Assembly (NCBI GenBank): GCA_965287045.1
Contig: OZ336876.1
Location: forward strand, 62,496,001 to 62,560,000
Length of the DNA stretch: 64,000 bases
Reading direction: 5' to 3'
From: Carcharhinus amblyrhynchos
Taxonomy: Eukaryota
In this document: piece by piece, positions 63,183 through 64,000 of the stretch
How the letters are laid out: every line of letters starts with the position of its first letter
How positions within the stretch are numbered: position 1 is the first letter of the stretch
Position numbers and translations under genes: made by a program
Notes under the pieces: generated by a model
What the model saw: the letters and a program-made list of their open reading frames with translations, nothing else
Databases searched by the model: none
What the model was told of the DNA's origin: nothing

Positions 63183-64000
63183 TTATGTCATTGTCAGGAG
63201 AAAAGACAGGCAGGATGTCAGAGTTACCAAGGCCATGTGCGGTGCTGACTGCTGGACAGATCACAGGCTCATTGTCTCCAAAATGAGGCTCTGCATCAGA
63301 CCCAAGAGGCGACCACAAGGAAGCAAGGTAATGATAAGAATCAAAGCGGCCAAGCTAAAGAACCCCAGCATAGCTTCAGCACTGGCTGAAGACCCAGAAA
63401 TCAAGCTTGCTGACCTACACCTCGCAGGCAGCGCTGAGGACAACTGGGAACGCTTCAGGGATGCTGTCCATTCATCTGCACTGAAGATGCTCGGGCCCTT
63501 TACCCGCAAGCAGCATGACTGGTTCGATGAGAATGATGAGGATTTACAGCTCTACTTGTTGAAAAGCACCATCTTCATCGGGCCTGTCAGAATGACCATC
63601 ATCAGCTGCCAAGAAAAATGCCTTTACCAGTGCACGCAGGACAGTCCAGAATAACCTGCGTAAAATGCAGGATGCCTGGCTGAACACCAAGGCAGATGAA
63701 ATACAGGGATACGCTGACAGAAACAACTTGAAATGATTCTATGAAGCCCTCAACACTCTCTATGGACCTCAATCTCTTGGGAGATCCCCCCTCCTGAGTA
63801 CAGATGGTACAACTCTCATTACAGAAGGCTCAGATCCTCCAGAGATGGGCTGAACACTTTGAAGCCGTCCTCAACCGACCGTCATCTATTAGCGATGAGG
63901 TAATAGATAGGATTCCCCAGGTCGATATCAACAGCGCCACGGATGACCCACCGGTAGTAGCCAAAGTCACAAACTGTCAGTCAGCTATACAGTGGCAAAG
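63183..64000 (+). mobile_element. RTE-clade LINE, 5'-truncated in the endonuclease; runs off the window
   Basis: YVIVRRKDRQDVRVTKAMCGADCWTDHRLIVSK…WERFRDAV…RKQHDWFDENDE, then LRKMQDAWLNTKADEIQGYAD and RWAEHFEAVLNRP across frameshifts. Confidence 0.92.

Overview
Vertebrate genomic DNA, almost certainly from an elasmobranch (shark), judged by HE1-type V-SINEs and abundant CR1/HER1-like LINEs. The only well-supported host gene is TMEM244 on the + strand: three coding exons at 4989-5114, 17402-17446 and 48046-48140 (stop), with its 5' exons apparently upstream of the window. A CpG-enriched region near 56.4-58.1 kb holds a candidate first exon of the next + strand gene, probably ARHGAP18 by synteny (inferred only). 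Most of the rest is transposon-derived: CR1, L2, Tx1-, Rex1- and RTE-type LINEs, SINEs, a solo LTR, Penelope-like elements (PLEs) and PIF/Harbinger transposons with their MITEs. The most notable structures are (i) minimal type I hammerhead ribozymes in PLE pseudo-LTRs, two of them sense-oriented and dimer-compatible in one TMEM244 intron; (ii) a four-level transposon nest at ~31.7-41.5 kb; and (iii) several apparently locally templated copy insertions. Repeat family names come from recalled motifs, not database searches, and many repeat boundaries are approximate.
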